This document shows positions 13,404 to 24,364 of a stretch of 51,764 bases of DNA, piece after piece. The position numbers were made by a program, and so were the translations under genes. Positions within the stretch are counted from its first letter, which is position 1. The number at the start of each line of letters is the position of its first letter. Origin of the DNA: Macrostomum lignano. Its lineage: Eukaryota. The stretch is from positions 1 to 51,764 of the forward strand of contig NIVC01004286.1 of the NCBI GenBank assembly GCA_002269645.1. The letters are read 5' to 3'. The notes under the pieces were generated by a model. The model saw only the letters and a program-made list of their open reading frames with translations, made no database searches and had not been told where the DNA came from.

Positions 13404-14805
13404 CCAAACTGGCTGGTCGGTTTAATGACACTCGGTTGTCATTCGCTGTACCGGCGTTTTACAATTACGGGCACGTTCTGCGCTGTCAACTGACATATGG
13501 AATTCGCTCTATTGCCTCTGTTGGCTTGACCGATGGTGAAAGTGTAGAGAGAGTCTGGGCGGATCTGCGATGTTTCGGCCCTCAGGTTAAAGAGATGGCG
13601 CATGACAATTGGCGCGAATTTCTCAATTATCTTGCCGAAAGCATGAATTTTCACTGCATTACAAATATCAGTAAGGTTATTATATAGGCTGATTAATTAT
13701 CTGTATTAATATTATTCCATAGAGTATTGAATTGATACCTTAATGCATGGTTGTTGAAATTTTGCGTGAAAAATACGGCAAGCTTAGGCTACACATGCTT
13801 TAAGCTTTAAGCTTAAACAATTTAGGCTACACACTTTTTTCTTTTTAGCTACCTGGCTGGGTCACTGCCGAACGGTCCAAAAGAAGGCAGTGCAACAATT
13901 CGAAGCTGACTTTGCTGAATTTCAAGCGCGCCACAATGTGCCCGGTTAGTCCTGACTCACTCCTCATAATTAATCTGTCAATCAAATATTAATAATTTAT
14001 TACATTAAATATTTGCTGTATCTCCATTAGTGACTCTTGAAGAATTCCTTCAAGAGGCAGCCAATTGGAGGCAAGAGCTGATCAATGTGCTATCATCTGC
14101 GCGTGAGTCATCTTCTTCCAAGTCGGAGACTATCCGGAAACTATTCGGCATTGCTGCGAGCGTCAGTATTTACTCAAACATGCGGCAACAGAGCGTGGTC
14201 AACGTATGAACAGGCTACTTCGAGTAGCGACAGACAAGCTGCTCCGCAAGACGAAGACAGTCTGTTCAAAGTTTAACAGCAAAAATCCAACGGACCTACT
14301 TGATTGGAATAACTTCATTTCGACAGACGCCTCTGGCTTCCAGCAGCTTATAAATGGAGGCACTTTCGGTGTCGAGGTCCTAACTCACAAGGTGCAAGCC
14401 ATAAAACTTCGCGATCTGTACCTTCGATGCTCGGAAGAATCGCTCCTGGTGACTTCAGAGGCAAAGCGTGTTTATAATTTTCTTTCTGCTGCCGTTCTAA
14501 CCGTGAGCTCAGAGTTGCAAGCCGCCCGAGATAGCAACAGCCCACTCGCTGCGGTATTATCTCTTCGGCTAAGTGGTATATTGCGCTTACGCCATGCTCA
14601 TGAAGCAGCTTTCCCGTTCGGAGCTGTGGCAGAGACACAAGTGGATTCGGAGTCGGGCGATTCTCATGACAGTGAATCGGACAATTCGCAAGCTTTATTG
14701 TCTGACAGTGACGATGACTCTGAGTTCAACTCGGAAGGTCAACTGGAACAGGGAAAGGCCGTCAGGGTGTGGGGAACGCCAGCAGGGTATAGTAAAGGCC
14801 AATAG
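13404..14805 (+). pseudogene. KDZ (Kyakuja-Dileera-Zisupton) transposase, 3' half, three exons (13404-13670, 13849-13944, 14031-14805); 5' half missing, one frameshift near 14160
   Basis: FAVPAFYNYGHVLRCQLTYGIRSIASVGLTDGESVERVWADL matches the remembered KDZ core (PKFHxxGHxxxCQ...GxTDGEGxERxWS). Two phase-1 GT-AG introns splice into an open frame. Downstream helical region RQYLLKHA...GQR...LRCSEESLLVTSEAKRVYNF. Confidence 0.8.
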
Positions 14806-16200
14806 GGCATGGGAACAAGTGCTAGGGCACGGTAAAAATCATCAAGATATGGTGATGATATCTTAACAGGGTTGGGTAAGGCCATCAGGGTGTGGGGAAG
14901 GCAAGCAGGGTGCGGGGAAGGCAAGCAGGGTGTGGGGAAGGACAGAAGGGTGTGGGGAAGGCAAGCAGGATGTGGGGAAAGCAAGGAGGGTGTGGGGAAG
15001 GCAAGCAGGGTACGGGGAAGGCAAGCAGGGTGCGGGGAAGGCAAGCAGGGTGCGGGGAAGGCAATCAGGGTGTGGGGAAGGCAAGCAGGGTGCGGGGAAG
15101 GCACGCAGGGTGCGGGGAAGGCAAGTAGGGTGTGGGGAAGGCAAGCAGGGTGTGGGGAAGGCAAGCAGCGTGCGGGGAAGGACAGAAGGGCGTGGGGAAG
15201 GCAAGCAGGGTGTGTGGAAGGCAAGCAGGGTGTGGGGAAAGCAAGCAGCGTGCGGGGAAGGCAAGGAGGGTGCGGGGAAGGCAATCAGGGTGTGGGGAAG
15301 GCAAGCAGGGTGCGGGGAAGGCACGCAGGGTGCGGGGAAGGCAAGGAGGGTGCGGGGAAGGCAAGCAGGTTGTGGGGAAGGCAAGCAGCGTGCGGGGAAG
15401 GACAGAAGGGTGTGGGGAAGGCAAGCAGGGTGTGTGGAAGGCAAGCAGGGTGTGGGGAAAGCAAGCAGGGTGTAGGGAAGGCAAGCAGGGTGTGGGGAAG
15501 GCAAGCAGCGTGCGGGGAAAGCAAGGAGGGTGTGGGGAAGGCAAGCAGGGTATGGGGAAAGCAAGGAGGGTGTAGGGAAGGCAAGCAGGGTGTGGGGAAG
15601 GCAAGCAGCGTGCGGGGAAGGACAGAAGGGTGTGGGGAAGGCAAGCAGGGTGTGTGGAAGGCAAGCAAGGTGTGGGGAAAGCAAGGAGGGTGTGGGGAAG
15701 GCAAGCAGGGTATGGGGAAAGCAAGGAGGGTGCGGGGAAGGACAGCAGGGTGTGGGGAAGGCAAGCAAGGTATGGGAAAGGGTAGCAGGGACAGTGAGTA
15801 GGGAAGGCCAGCAGGGTATAGAAAAGGCCACCAGGATGTGGGGAAGGCCTGCATTGGTAAGAAAGGGTAGCAGGGTATGGAAAGCCACTAGGGTATAGTG
15901 AAGGGCAATAAGATATAGAGAAAGCTAGCAGGGTATAGACAAAGGTGGCAAGGTATAGTGAAAAACAGCAAGGTATAGAAAAGGCCACTAGGATATGGGG
16001 AAGGTCTGCATAGGTAGGGCCTAAGAAAGGGTAGCAGCATATAGGAAGGCCAGTGGGTATAAGGAAGGCTAACAGAATGTGGAAAAGGCTAGCAGGATAT
16101 AGGAAAAGCCAGTAGGGTATAAGAAGGCCAGCATGATATAATGAAGGCTAGCAGGAAATAGTAAAAAGCAGCAGGGTATAGAGAAGGCTAGCAGGGTATG
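14750..16200 (+). repeat. Same 20-bp satellite, G-rich orientation, with degenerate edges (14750-14880 and 15780-16200)
   Basis: GGGGAAGGCAAGCAGGGTGT tandem units that decay gradually at both ends. Confidence 0.95.
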
Positions 16201-17050
16201 TGTGGGGAAGAAAAAGGTTAAAAAACAAAAAATAGAACCTTTTAAATACTAAATACTAATTGGCTTAGCCTATAACATAAAATAGTAGAATAGAACCAAA
16301 TTTAATAATAAACTTTAAAATATAAATAATAACTCCATTTATGGAATTTTATGCTAGCAGCTAGTTATACTAGGTATATATATAATAGGCTATAGTCTAT
16401 TAGAACCCTAAATTATGCCTGCTCAATATATCAGTTATAGCTTTACTGGATAGTTTCTCTCCTAAACTCAGTGTTCAAAAAGTAGAATATATAGGCCTAG
16501 CCTTAGATTAGTCACACAGTTATTGAGTTACAAAATTGTGCATAGGCCTAGCTACAAACTGAGCGCCATCCTATTCCTGTCACGCTTTAAAGTTCACTTA
16601 AGTCAGGTCGAGTCTTATTGTTCTCTTGTTCTAATATTAATTCGCTATTTCAGTGATGTGGAAATAATAAACAGCTAGAGCTACATAAAATAATGTCAAA
16701 TGTTTCGATACTTGTAACTTTAGAAGTCATCCTAATTATCTAGCATTACTGTACTAGAAAATAGTAGTAAAATCGCTACTTTGCATAGTGAATTATATAA
16801 AAATGAGCAGAAACGGCTGTTCAAATTTGTGCCATTTTGGGTCCTAAGTGCGCATATAAAAGGCAATCAATAGCATGCTACCGTATCATATAGCATGACA
16901 CGGACCGCCTTATAGGCGGTTTTTGCCGTGTTCTATACCGCCTAATGTGTATATACGGCTGTTCTGGAATTGGTAATATGAAAAGCCTCTTTGTCATCGG
17001 ATATGACGAAATGGAATATGACGACGTGACCACGTGACCCTAGACTCTAT

Positions 17051-17310
17051 GGGCCTTTTCATATTGCTTGTTCTGGTTCCAGAACCAGAACCAATTTGTG
17101 AAGTATAACTTTTTGTCTCCATAACTAGACAGAGATACGTACTATATAGTTTTTATTATTGAATGACAATGGCCAAGAAGAAAGTGAAAAATTGTGCTAA
17201 GTTAGGTTGTTAAGGCAGTCAAATATTAACAGAGTTTAATAGTTATACTGCTGTTTTTCTTGGAATTCCGAACCGATTCTGGTTCTGGAATTGGTAATAT
17301 GAAAAGGCTC
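17051..17310. mobile_element. PIF/Harbinger-like MITE copy 2, intact, 260 bp
   Basis: TIRs GGGCCTTTTCATATT and AATATGAAAAGGCTC; 3-bp TSD TAT at 17048-17050 and 17311-17313; clear similarity to 8935-9159. Internal dyad TTCTGGTTC-CA-GAACCAGAA. Confidence 0.9.
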
Positions 17311-17588
17311 TATCTCGGGTACGTAATGTTTCAACTGTAATGATCTTGAATATGGTAGTAAATTACCCCGAGATTACTTGTGCCCAGAAAGATTCAAAAA
17401 GTTTATATTTTTTAAACCAAATATACCAAATCTTTCATATCTAAAAGGCATTTTTTCTGCCTAATTAAATTTTGAGTACGCCTGGCTTTCTTAATTTTTT
17501 CTAAAAATTTCGCGCTTTTTTAATTTAGCGGTAAATTTGAATAGCGCAAGGCGAGCTATGGACCGCGTGGCGGAGGCTAATTATTATT

Positions 17589-18389
17589 GCCTGAGCCAAA
17601 TTCTTACTACTACTACTAGTACTATAAAAAAAGTTCTGACTGACTGTTTGCTGCCAAATTGACTTGTCGCTGAATTGACTGTTGCCGCGTCAACCTGTCG
17701 CCGAATTAACTGGTTCAATCTGTATATCTCTACATATAAATCAACACTTCATTAATAAAACCAAACTATGCTATGTAATACTAATAGGCCTACTATCAAA
17801 GGCAAAGTTTTTTAATCAATGTACTAATTTCGTAACAGATATTTAAAATTTTAAACAGACAATTAAAATAAACATTTAATGTTTTTTGCCAAAGGGGCAA
17901 AGATGGTCAAAGCCTCAATGTAGACTTTATTTTCATAATTTTTTATGCATTTTTAGGCATTCTTTTGATGTAAAACTAAGGGCAAGGTATTATTTTTATA
18001 GTTGAAAGAAAATAAAATATATATCAAGAAACTATAACTATACTATAGTTTAGCAACAAAAAATTTTTAGTATTATAATTCATTTTAAGTGCTTAAAGCC
18101 TCATTTAAAGGTTGAGACATTGTCACATTATTGGTATAGTGGCTGTAACCCTCAAAAGGGCCATTTTGACAAAAATTACTTGGCGCGTTAAGTCATTGTA
18201 GTCCTAAATTAATTGTGAAGTCAAATTCTTGCGGAGCAGATTGTGTAGCAGAGCACTTGGCATATAAAGGCAGAGGACTACCGTAAGCTGGTTTATTGTC
18301 ATTATTAATATGGTTAATGTCAATACAAGCTTATAGCGTTCTGGGGCACTGGCGGCTGTAGTAGTAGTAGTAGTAAATTTGGCTTAGGC
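17589..18389. mobile_element. Candidate non-autonomous DNA transposon bounded by ~30-bp inverted repeats containing (TAC)n
   Basis: GCCTGAGCCAAATTCTTACTACTACTAC at 17589 and GTAGTAGTAGTAAATTTGGCTTAGGC ending at 18389. No clear TSD. Confidence 0.45.
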
Positions 18390-18892
18390 TTAAGGAGCCT
18401 GTTTTGCCAGTATAATCCATTGTATTTAGTATTTGTTTATAAGGTTAAATTTTTACACGAGTTACGATATTTGTAAAAGTAAGGTATTTAAAAGAGCATC
18501 TAGAGTTTTTTTAAATGGTTTTCCAGCTGATTAACAACTAACGCCAGAATAACAAGATTCTAAGCAGGGAAAAATAAAAAATCAATGTTGTATATGTATA
18601 TATATATATTAGATATTAGTTAGATATTAACAAATATAACAAATATCAAGTATAATTAAGGATAGCTCTACAATAATAGGCAATTTTTGTAAAAAGATAT
18701 AATATTTTTGAAAGCGTGTGATATTTCAAAGCGTGAAAAACAAACATAAACATAAGCTACTTCGAACAAACTTAGCATCTAACGAGTAACAATGATTTCA
18801 ATAGGAAATTAAAAAAGACAATAAATGAATAAATAACTGAAAAGCAGATTTGTTACACTGCTAATGTATCTGATTCAGTTTGTTTAACTGTT

Positions 18893-19242
18893 TTAGCTAT
18901 TCATGACTTCATATATTTTAGCTACACCAGTGAGTTCTTTTCTGACTCTTTTTTCATTTGTAGAATATCCTATCTTGTGTATTTGATCACCATATAAAAG
19001 GTATTGACAGAAGTATTTTTTCCTGATCTCTTCAGTTTGTAGACATTCGGTCAAGTAGTGTAGGATGTCAGAACCATTTTGTGCTCCACACATTTTACAT
19101 GGTTCTTGAGAAAAAAGTTGAGTGTAATCTGGCATTTCAGTTTTAGGTGGGTTGTTAAAAAATTTTTTGTTTCTAAATGTGCATGAAAAGTAATCCGAAA
19201 GGTCAGGCCTGCAGATTTTTTTGTATTTTTTGGCTGCAACAA
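18893..19242 (-). mobile_element. Non-LTR (LINE) ORF2 C-terminal CCHC zinc-knuckle fragment, frameshifted
   Basis: CKMCGAQNGSDILHYLTECLQTEEIRKKYF fits the CX2C-X7-8-HX4C motif of LINE ORF2 C-termini. Confidence 0.5.
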
Positions 19243-19589
19243 TGGGTTGATGTAATTGAAATTATGAAGTCAAGTAGTTGACGAAGGATGCAGTGGCGAC
19301 GCAATGTAGTAAGTGATGGCGGTGAGCACAGTGATGGCAGTGAGTAGCAAGTAGACAAGCAGACAGGTAGTGGCGGGATTGGGCGTTAGCCTATGGCAGT
19401 ACAAGGTGGAGCAAGAATGTGTAAACAAGTCTGGCCCAGACGGAGTGGAGCTGTGGCAAGAGATAAAGAGAGAGAGGGAAAGGAAGAAAAGGAAGGAACG
19501 CAAGTGAAGACCCCCCAGTCCGCCGCCAGGCAGGGTTAATAAAGGAGCGCAGGAGGGTTAGCATAATATATGCAGAGAGTTATCATTTG

Positions 19590-20040
19590 CTGGCAGTGAC
19601 TAAAAAAGGACTAGTGCACTAAATAAATAAATTATTATACTAACTAAAATGGGGATTATTGCACTATCTGAGAAAGGACTATTGTATTGCACTAGCTTAG
19701 AAAGGGATTATTGTGCTAGTTAAGATACAGGTCAGTGCATTTAATAATTTGATAAAAAATAATGCACTTGATAAGTAAAGAATTATTGCACTTGATGAGA
19801 AAAGGATTATTGCACTAAGGGATATTGCACTAGACAGGGATTATTGCATTGGCTTAAAACAGAACTATTGCACTGGCTAAGAAATTGATTATTGTAGTAG
19901 ATAAAAATGATTTTTGCATTAGCTGAAAAAAGGATTATTGCACTAGCTAGGAAATGATTATTGTGGTAGTTGAGACATGGATTATTGCATAATCTGAGAA
20001 AGCAATTTAATTGCATTAGCTAAAGAAATAGTTGCATTAG
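19590..20040. repeat. Degenerate tandem repeat built on GGATTATTGCACTA
   Basis: About a dozen diverged copies of ATTATTGCA(C/T). Confidence 0.7.
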
Positions 20041-20128
20041 CTACTTGCTGACTGACTGACTTGTCCGACTATTATAGCTATAAGACTATTATATAGTAAA
20101 TAAATATATACTATATACATGTATACAA

Positions 20129-20215
20129 TCCAATATACTAAAAATGGTCTGTCTGTGTCTATCTATGTGATCGATTAAAGAAAAAATGGCTGGACCGATT
20201 TTGTTCAAACTTTCA
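20129..20215 (+). mobile_element. Helitron-like 5' end (A^TC...ATATACTAAAAATGGTCTGTC...ACCGATTTTGTTC)
   Basis: Near-identical ends recur at 30097-30192. Starts with TC after A and has a short microsatellite, as in non-autonomous Helitron termini. Confidence 0.5.
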
Positions 20216-20749
20216 CTGTTTGATCAGAAATTTTCCCGTGACGGTACATGCATCATGGCTAAGAAATTGCTCAATGCTAAAGGCATTAAATATTCGAAAA
20301 ACATGCTTTTTTGCAAAGGTCAAGCAAACTTTTCGACTTGAAATGCATTGTAAGAATGCTAGAGAAAAAACTGACTGGTTGAATTCTGATTCTGAAATAG
20401 ATTGCATCATAACTGAATTGTAACTCCGACTTGAATTGAAAATGCAGTGTGGAAGCATAGCACCAGACTTGATTTAAATTTCGTAACCATATTGTTAACT
20501 GATACTGACTGACTGAGAAACTGATTATGACATAACTGCTTCGTGTGATTTACTCTATGCTTGGATTTTAAAGTGTTGAATTATATAAGTGCAAAATTTG
20601 ATGTTATCAAAACGATGAGAGCTAGCCTAGAGGTAAACAGACTGAACTGCTAAATGCAGCGATGATGGTTCAAATTTTCATAGAGTATAATTTTTTTAAT
20701 TAAAGCTTTTCACCGTCAGGAAAACTAAAATACTTTTAAGAAGAAGCGT

Positions 20750-21560
20750 CGTGTAAAAATCATAGAAGCGCCATGTAAAAAATCATAGAAGCGTCATGTA
20801 AAAAATCATAGAAGCATCATGTAAACAATCATAGAAGCGTCATGTAAACAATCATAGAAGCGTCATGTAAACAATCATAGAAGCGTCATTTAAAAATCAC
20901 AGATGCGTCATTTAAAAAATCATAGAAGCGTCATGTAAACAATCATAGAAGCGTCATGTAAAAAATCAGAGAAGCGTCATGTAAACAATCATAGAAGCGT
21001 CATGTAAACAATCATAGAAGCGTCATGTAAAAAATCATAGAAGCGTCATGTAAAAAATTGTAGAAGTGTCATTTAAAAATCATAGAAGCATTATTTAAAA
21101 AATCATAGAAGCGTCATGTAAAAAATCGTAGAAGCGTCATGTAAACAATCATAGAAGCGTTATTTAAAAAAATTATAGAAGTGTCATGTAAACAATCATA
21201 GAAGCGTCATGTAAACAATCATAGAAGCGTCATGCAAACAATCATAGAAGCGTCATGTAAACAATCATAGAAGTGTCATGTAAACAATCATAGAAGCATC
21301 ATGTAAACAATCATAGAAGCATCATGTAAACAATCGTAGAAGCGTCGTGTAAACAATCATAGAAGCATCATGTAAAAAATTGTAGAAGCGTCATTTAAAA
21401 ATGATAGAAGCGTCATGTAAACAATCATAGAAGCATCATAGAAGCGTCAAGAAAAAATCATAGAAGCCTAATTTAAAAACTAATGAGTGTCATTTAAAAA
21501 ATTAAGAAGCATCATGGTACAATAAAAGAAGTGTCATGTCAGACATGAAGGGTGTCATGT
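20750..21560. repeat. 23-bp satellite ACAATCATAGAAGCGTCATGTAA (~30 copies)
   Basis: Period 23 read directly (20821 to 20844). Confidence 0.95.
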
Positions 21561-21619
21561 AAAAATTAAATGCAGCTATAATGCTGTGCTGGGGAGAAAA
21601 ACTGAGACGTAAAGGCTCT

Positions 21620-22640
21620 CAGAGAATAACTGAGATTACAGGGGGGTTTCTGAGATGTCAAAGCAAAAGTCAGAAGCTATTTCAAAGTTCATGTACTTTA
21701 CTCAATTTTTTTATTGCATTCTTTGTTGGCTTGCCATGGGGGGGGGGCACTGATAGAAGAAGAGTCATGTAAAAAATAAGAGTAGCACTATGTATACATA
21801 AAGAAAAGTCATGTCAAAGTTAAAAGATTCATTTGGGAATTGCTACGATGTCAAAGCTTGGTGGAAATCGTTATAGTGCTGTGATTCTTAAAGAAGGAAT
21901 CATGAAAATGTCAAGGCTTAGGGGAGAAGAATTGCTGAGATTTCAAGGCTTTAGGTTGGGTTAAAGTTAGGTTTAGGTCAGGTGTGGGTTGAGGATTATA
22001 TTTTATCGGGTTTCAAGGTTAACAGAATAACAGGGGATTTTTTAGATTTCAAGGTTTATGGGGGCTATCGCTGACATGTTAAGGCTTACGGGGGGAATAG
22101 CTGAGATGTCAAGGCTCACGGGAGTATAAATGAGATTTCAAGGCTAAAGTCAGAAGCTACATGTAGTTTATTGAAAACTTTTTATTACATTATTTGATGC
22201 CTCCTCAGGGGAGGGATTGCTGATAAAAAAAGAGTAATGTAAAAAATAAAAGAAGCTTCATGTCGAAGTTAAGAGATTCATTTGGGAATCCCTACGATGT
22301 CGAGGCTTGCAGGGAATCGCTATAATGCTGTAGTAGTGCTATAATGACTCTTAGAGAGAATTACTGAAATTTCAATGCTTTAGGGTTAGGTTAGGGTTAG
22401 GGTTAGGGTTAGGGTTAGGGTTAGGCTAGGGTTAGGGTTAGAAGGTTGACAGATATTTTTAGATTTCCAAGGCTTATTGGGGGCATTGCTGAGATGTCAA
22501 GGGGGGAAGTTGATATGTTAAAGCTTGTGGGGGGAATTACTGACATGTCAAGGCTTACAAGGTTTGACAGGAGATTTTTTAAGATTTCAAGGATACATGT
22601 AGCTTATTAAAAAAACGTGTATTGCATTTCTTTGGCTCCC
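21620..22640. repeat. Diverged tandem duplication of a ~480-bp unit; second unit contains (TTAGGG)n at 22381-22440
   Basis: AAAGTCAGAAGCTA and AGATTCATTTGGGAAT..CTACGATGTC recur in both halves. A degraded TTAGG tract sits at ~21955-21985. Confidence 0.7.
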
Positions 22641-22915
22641 CAACGGGGGCGTAGATTGCTAGTCCAAATATACTAAATGTGTTAATACTTTCGACTGAAG
22701 TGGACATATGAGTGTACTTTGTTACTAAACTGTTTAGCTTACAGCTCAGGGATACATTGTATGCAATTCATTGCTTCAGTCTTTCTTGTATGAGCCTGCA
22801 TAGTTGGAGTTTGGTTTGACTAAACAGTTCACCAGTTTTAGATTATTGCAATATCTTTTTGCCATGTTGTAAAATTTATTAGAATTACATTTCAATTCCA
22901 GTTGAAGCAGCTTCA

Positions 22916-23335
22916 ATGAAGCCAATGCTGAGTTTCATCTTGCGCCCGTATCTGGAGCTGCGTGGCACTGCACCCAACCTGGAACGCTATTTCTGCTTCA
23001 AGTGTGCACAGCTGTTTGCTGAGCCGCCTTGCCAGACCGCAGATGGCCAGCGTGTCTGCGCTGCGTGCTGCTGCGCTGCGGGAATCCCAGTTGCCATGCG
23101 CAAGGATCGAGCCTTGTGGCGGGACCTGCGCCCGCTGCTCTGGGTTCGCTGCCCTGGCAACGGTTGTCAAGCGGTTCACTTGCTGGCTGAGATTGATCAA
23201 GCCGGTGGCCTGGCCGCCTGTCCGGCTTGTCGGTTTCGCCTGCGCATCGACAGTGCCAATGAGCTTGCGCACCTGCTGAGCGCCTGTCTGAGCATGTGCG
23301 ACCTTGTCGATCAATTCAGTGACCTAGCCGCCTGA
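22916..23335 (+). CDS. Small TRAF-type RING/zinc-finger-like protein (139 aa), no TRAF-C domain
   Basis: RYFCFKCAQLFAEPPCQTADGQRVCAAC...RKDRALWRDL...VRCPGNGC resembles the TRAF N-terminus (CxxC..L..PxQTxCGHRFCxxC...KD....REI..L.VxCxN.GC). GC-rich island in AT-rich DNA. Confidence 0.55.
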   Translation: MKPMLSFILRPYLELRGTAPNLERYFCFKCAQLFAEPPCQTADGQRVCAACCCAAGIPVAMRKDRALWRDLRPLLWVRCPGNGCQAVHLLAEIDQAGGLAACPACRFRLRIDSANELAHLLSACLSMCDLVDQFSDLAA

Positions 23336-23399
23336 TAAACTCAGATAGAACTAGTCCAAGGCTTCTTTGCGACATGCTACCCACCCCATGAACCTTCAG

Positions 23400-23630
23400 C
23401 GACCCAAGACCTCTTCACCTATCAGTGACCCAATACCATCCCATGACTCTTCAGTGACCCAATGCTTAACCCATGACCCATCAGTGACCCAAGGCTAACC
23501 CATGACCCATCAGTGACCCAAAACTAACTCATGACTCGTCAGTGACCTAAGGCTAGCCCATGAGCCATCAGTGACCCAAAACTAACCAATGACTCATCTG
23601 TGACCCAAGGCTAGCCCGTGACCTTAGTAA
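23400..23630. repeat. 29-bp tandem repeat CATGACCCATCAGTGACCCAAGGCTAACC
   Basis: Period 29 (23472 to 23501), ~7 diverged copies. Confidence 0.85.
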
Positions 23631-24364
23631 GTGCAAGAACTGATAAAGTACTCGCATTGTTGCGAATGTGCACAGTATCTCAGTATCTCAGATTAGACAA
23701 ATAATCTGAGATGACAACTATGCCGAATTTTTATCGTTTTACCGAAAATAGAGATATATTTTGAAGATAGCAATTATAATCAGCATTAACAATTAACATT
23801 CCATCTGTAATTTTACATTTTATAATTATTATCAGAGTATTTTTATTACTGAGAATCTCCGCCTCCTGCCAGCGCTCTTTTCCCCGGTGCAATTGCCGCG
23901 TTTTTAGCTTATCAATTTGTTTTAATTCTAGAAAAATATTATTTGTTTATTAATAATTTGCTTGCTCAGTTCACAAAGTGTGCCAGAATCACGTGCTATA
24001 CACTAATGTACACTAACGCGTACCTGTTGTTGCATAATTACAGAAGAAATAAATAAATAATGCATGCTCCGAATTTAAAGCAATAAATCTGTTAATTTCA
24101 TCTCTTTTGGCTTTTTATTCATATATTAGCAACAAGCAAAGCTTACTTTTTATCAGCTGACACAATCGTATAAATATTGAAAACTGCCTTTGTGAAGTCT
24201 AACTTGAAAAATTCAACTCTTAGACCGAGAACAAATCTCAAACAATGAACCTTTCAGAGTCCAAATTTACAACTCAAAAATTTATATATTAGAGGAATCA
24301 AACCGATCGATTTGGAATTCTTTGGCTTGCAAAAGCAGCAGACCAGGAAATCTGGGAGCAGCAA

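Larger units (their letters stand above)
8935..16989. mobile_element. PIF/Harbinger-like MITE copy 1, interrupted by a ~7.8-kb insert (left arm 8935-~9159, right arm ~16959-16989)
   Basis: TIRs GGGCCTTTTCATATT and AATATGAAAAGCCTC, with a 3-bp TSD TTT at 8932-8934 and 16990-16992. The two arms together reconstruct the intact copy at 17051-17310. Confidence 0.85.

Noticed and set aside
9119-15988. Very long ORFs (up to 1355 aa; PHPACLP / GEGKQG repeats)
   Set aside because: They are translations of a stop-free 20-bp satellite in several frames on both strands. Only the KDZ tail after 13404 is genuine coding sequence.
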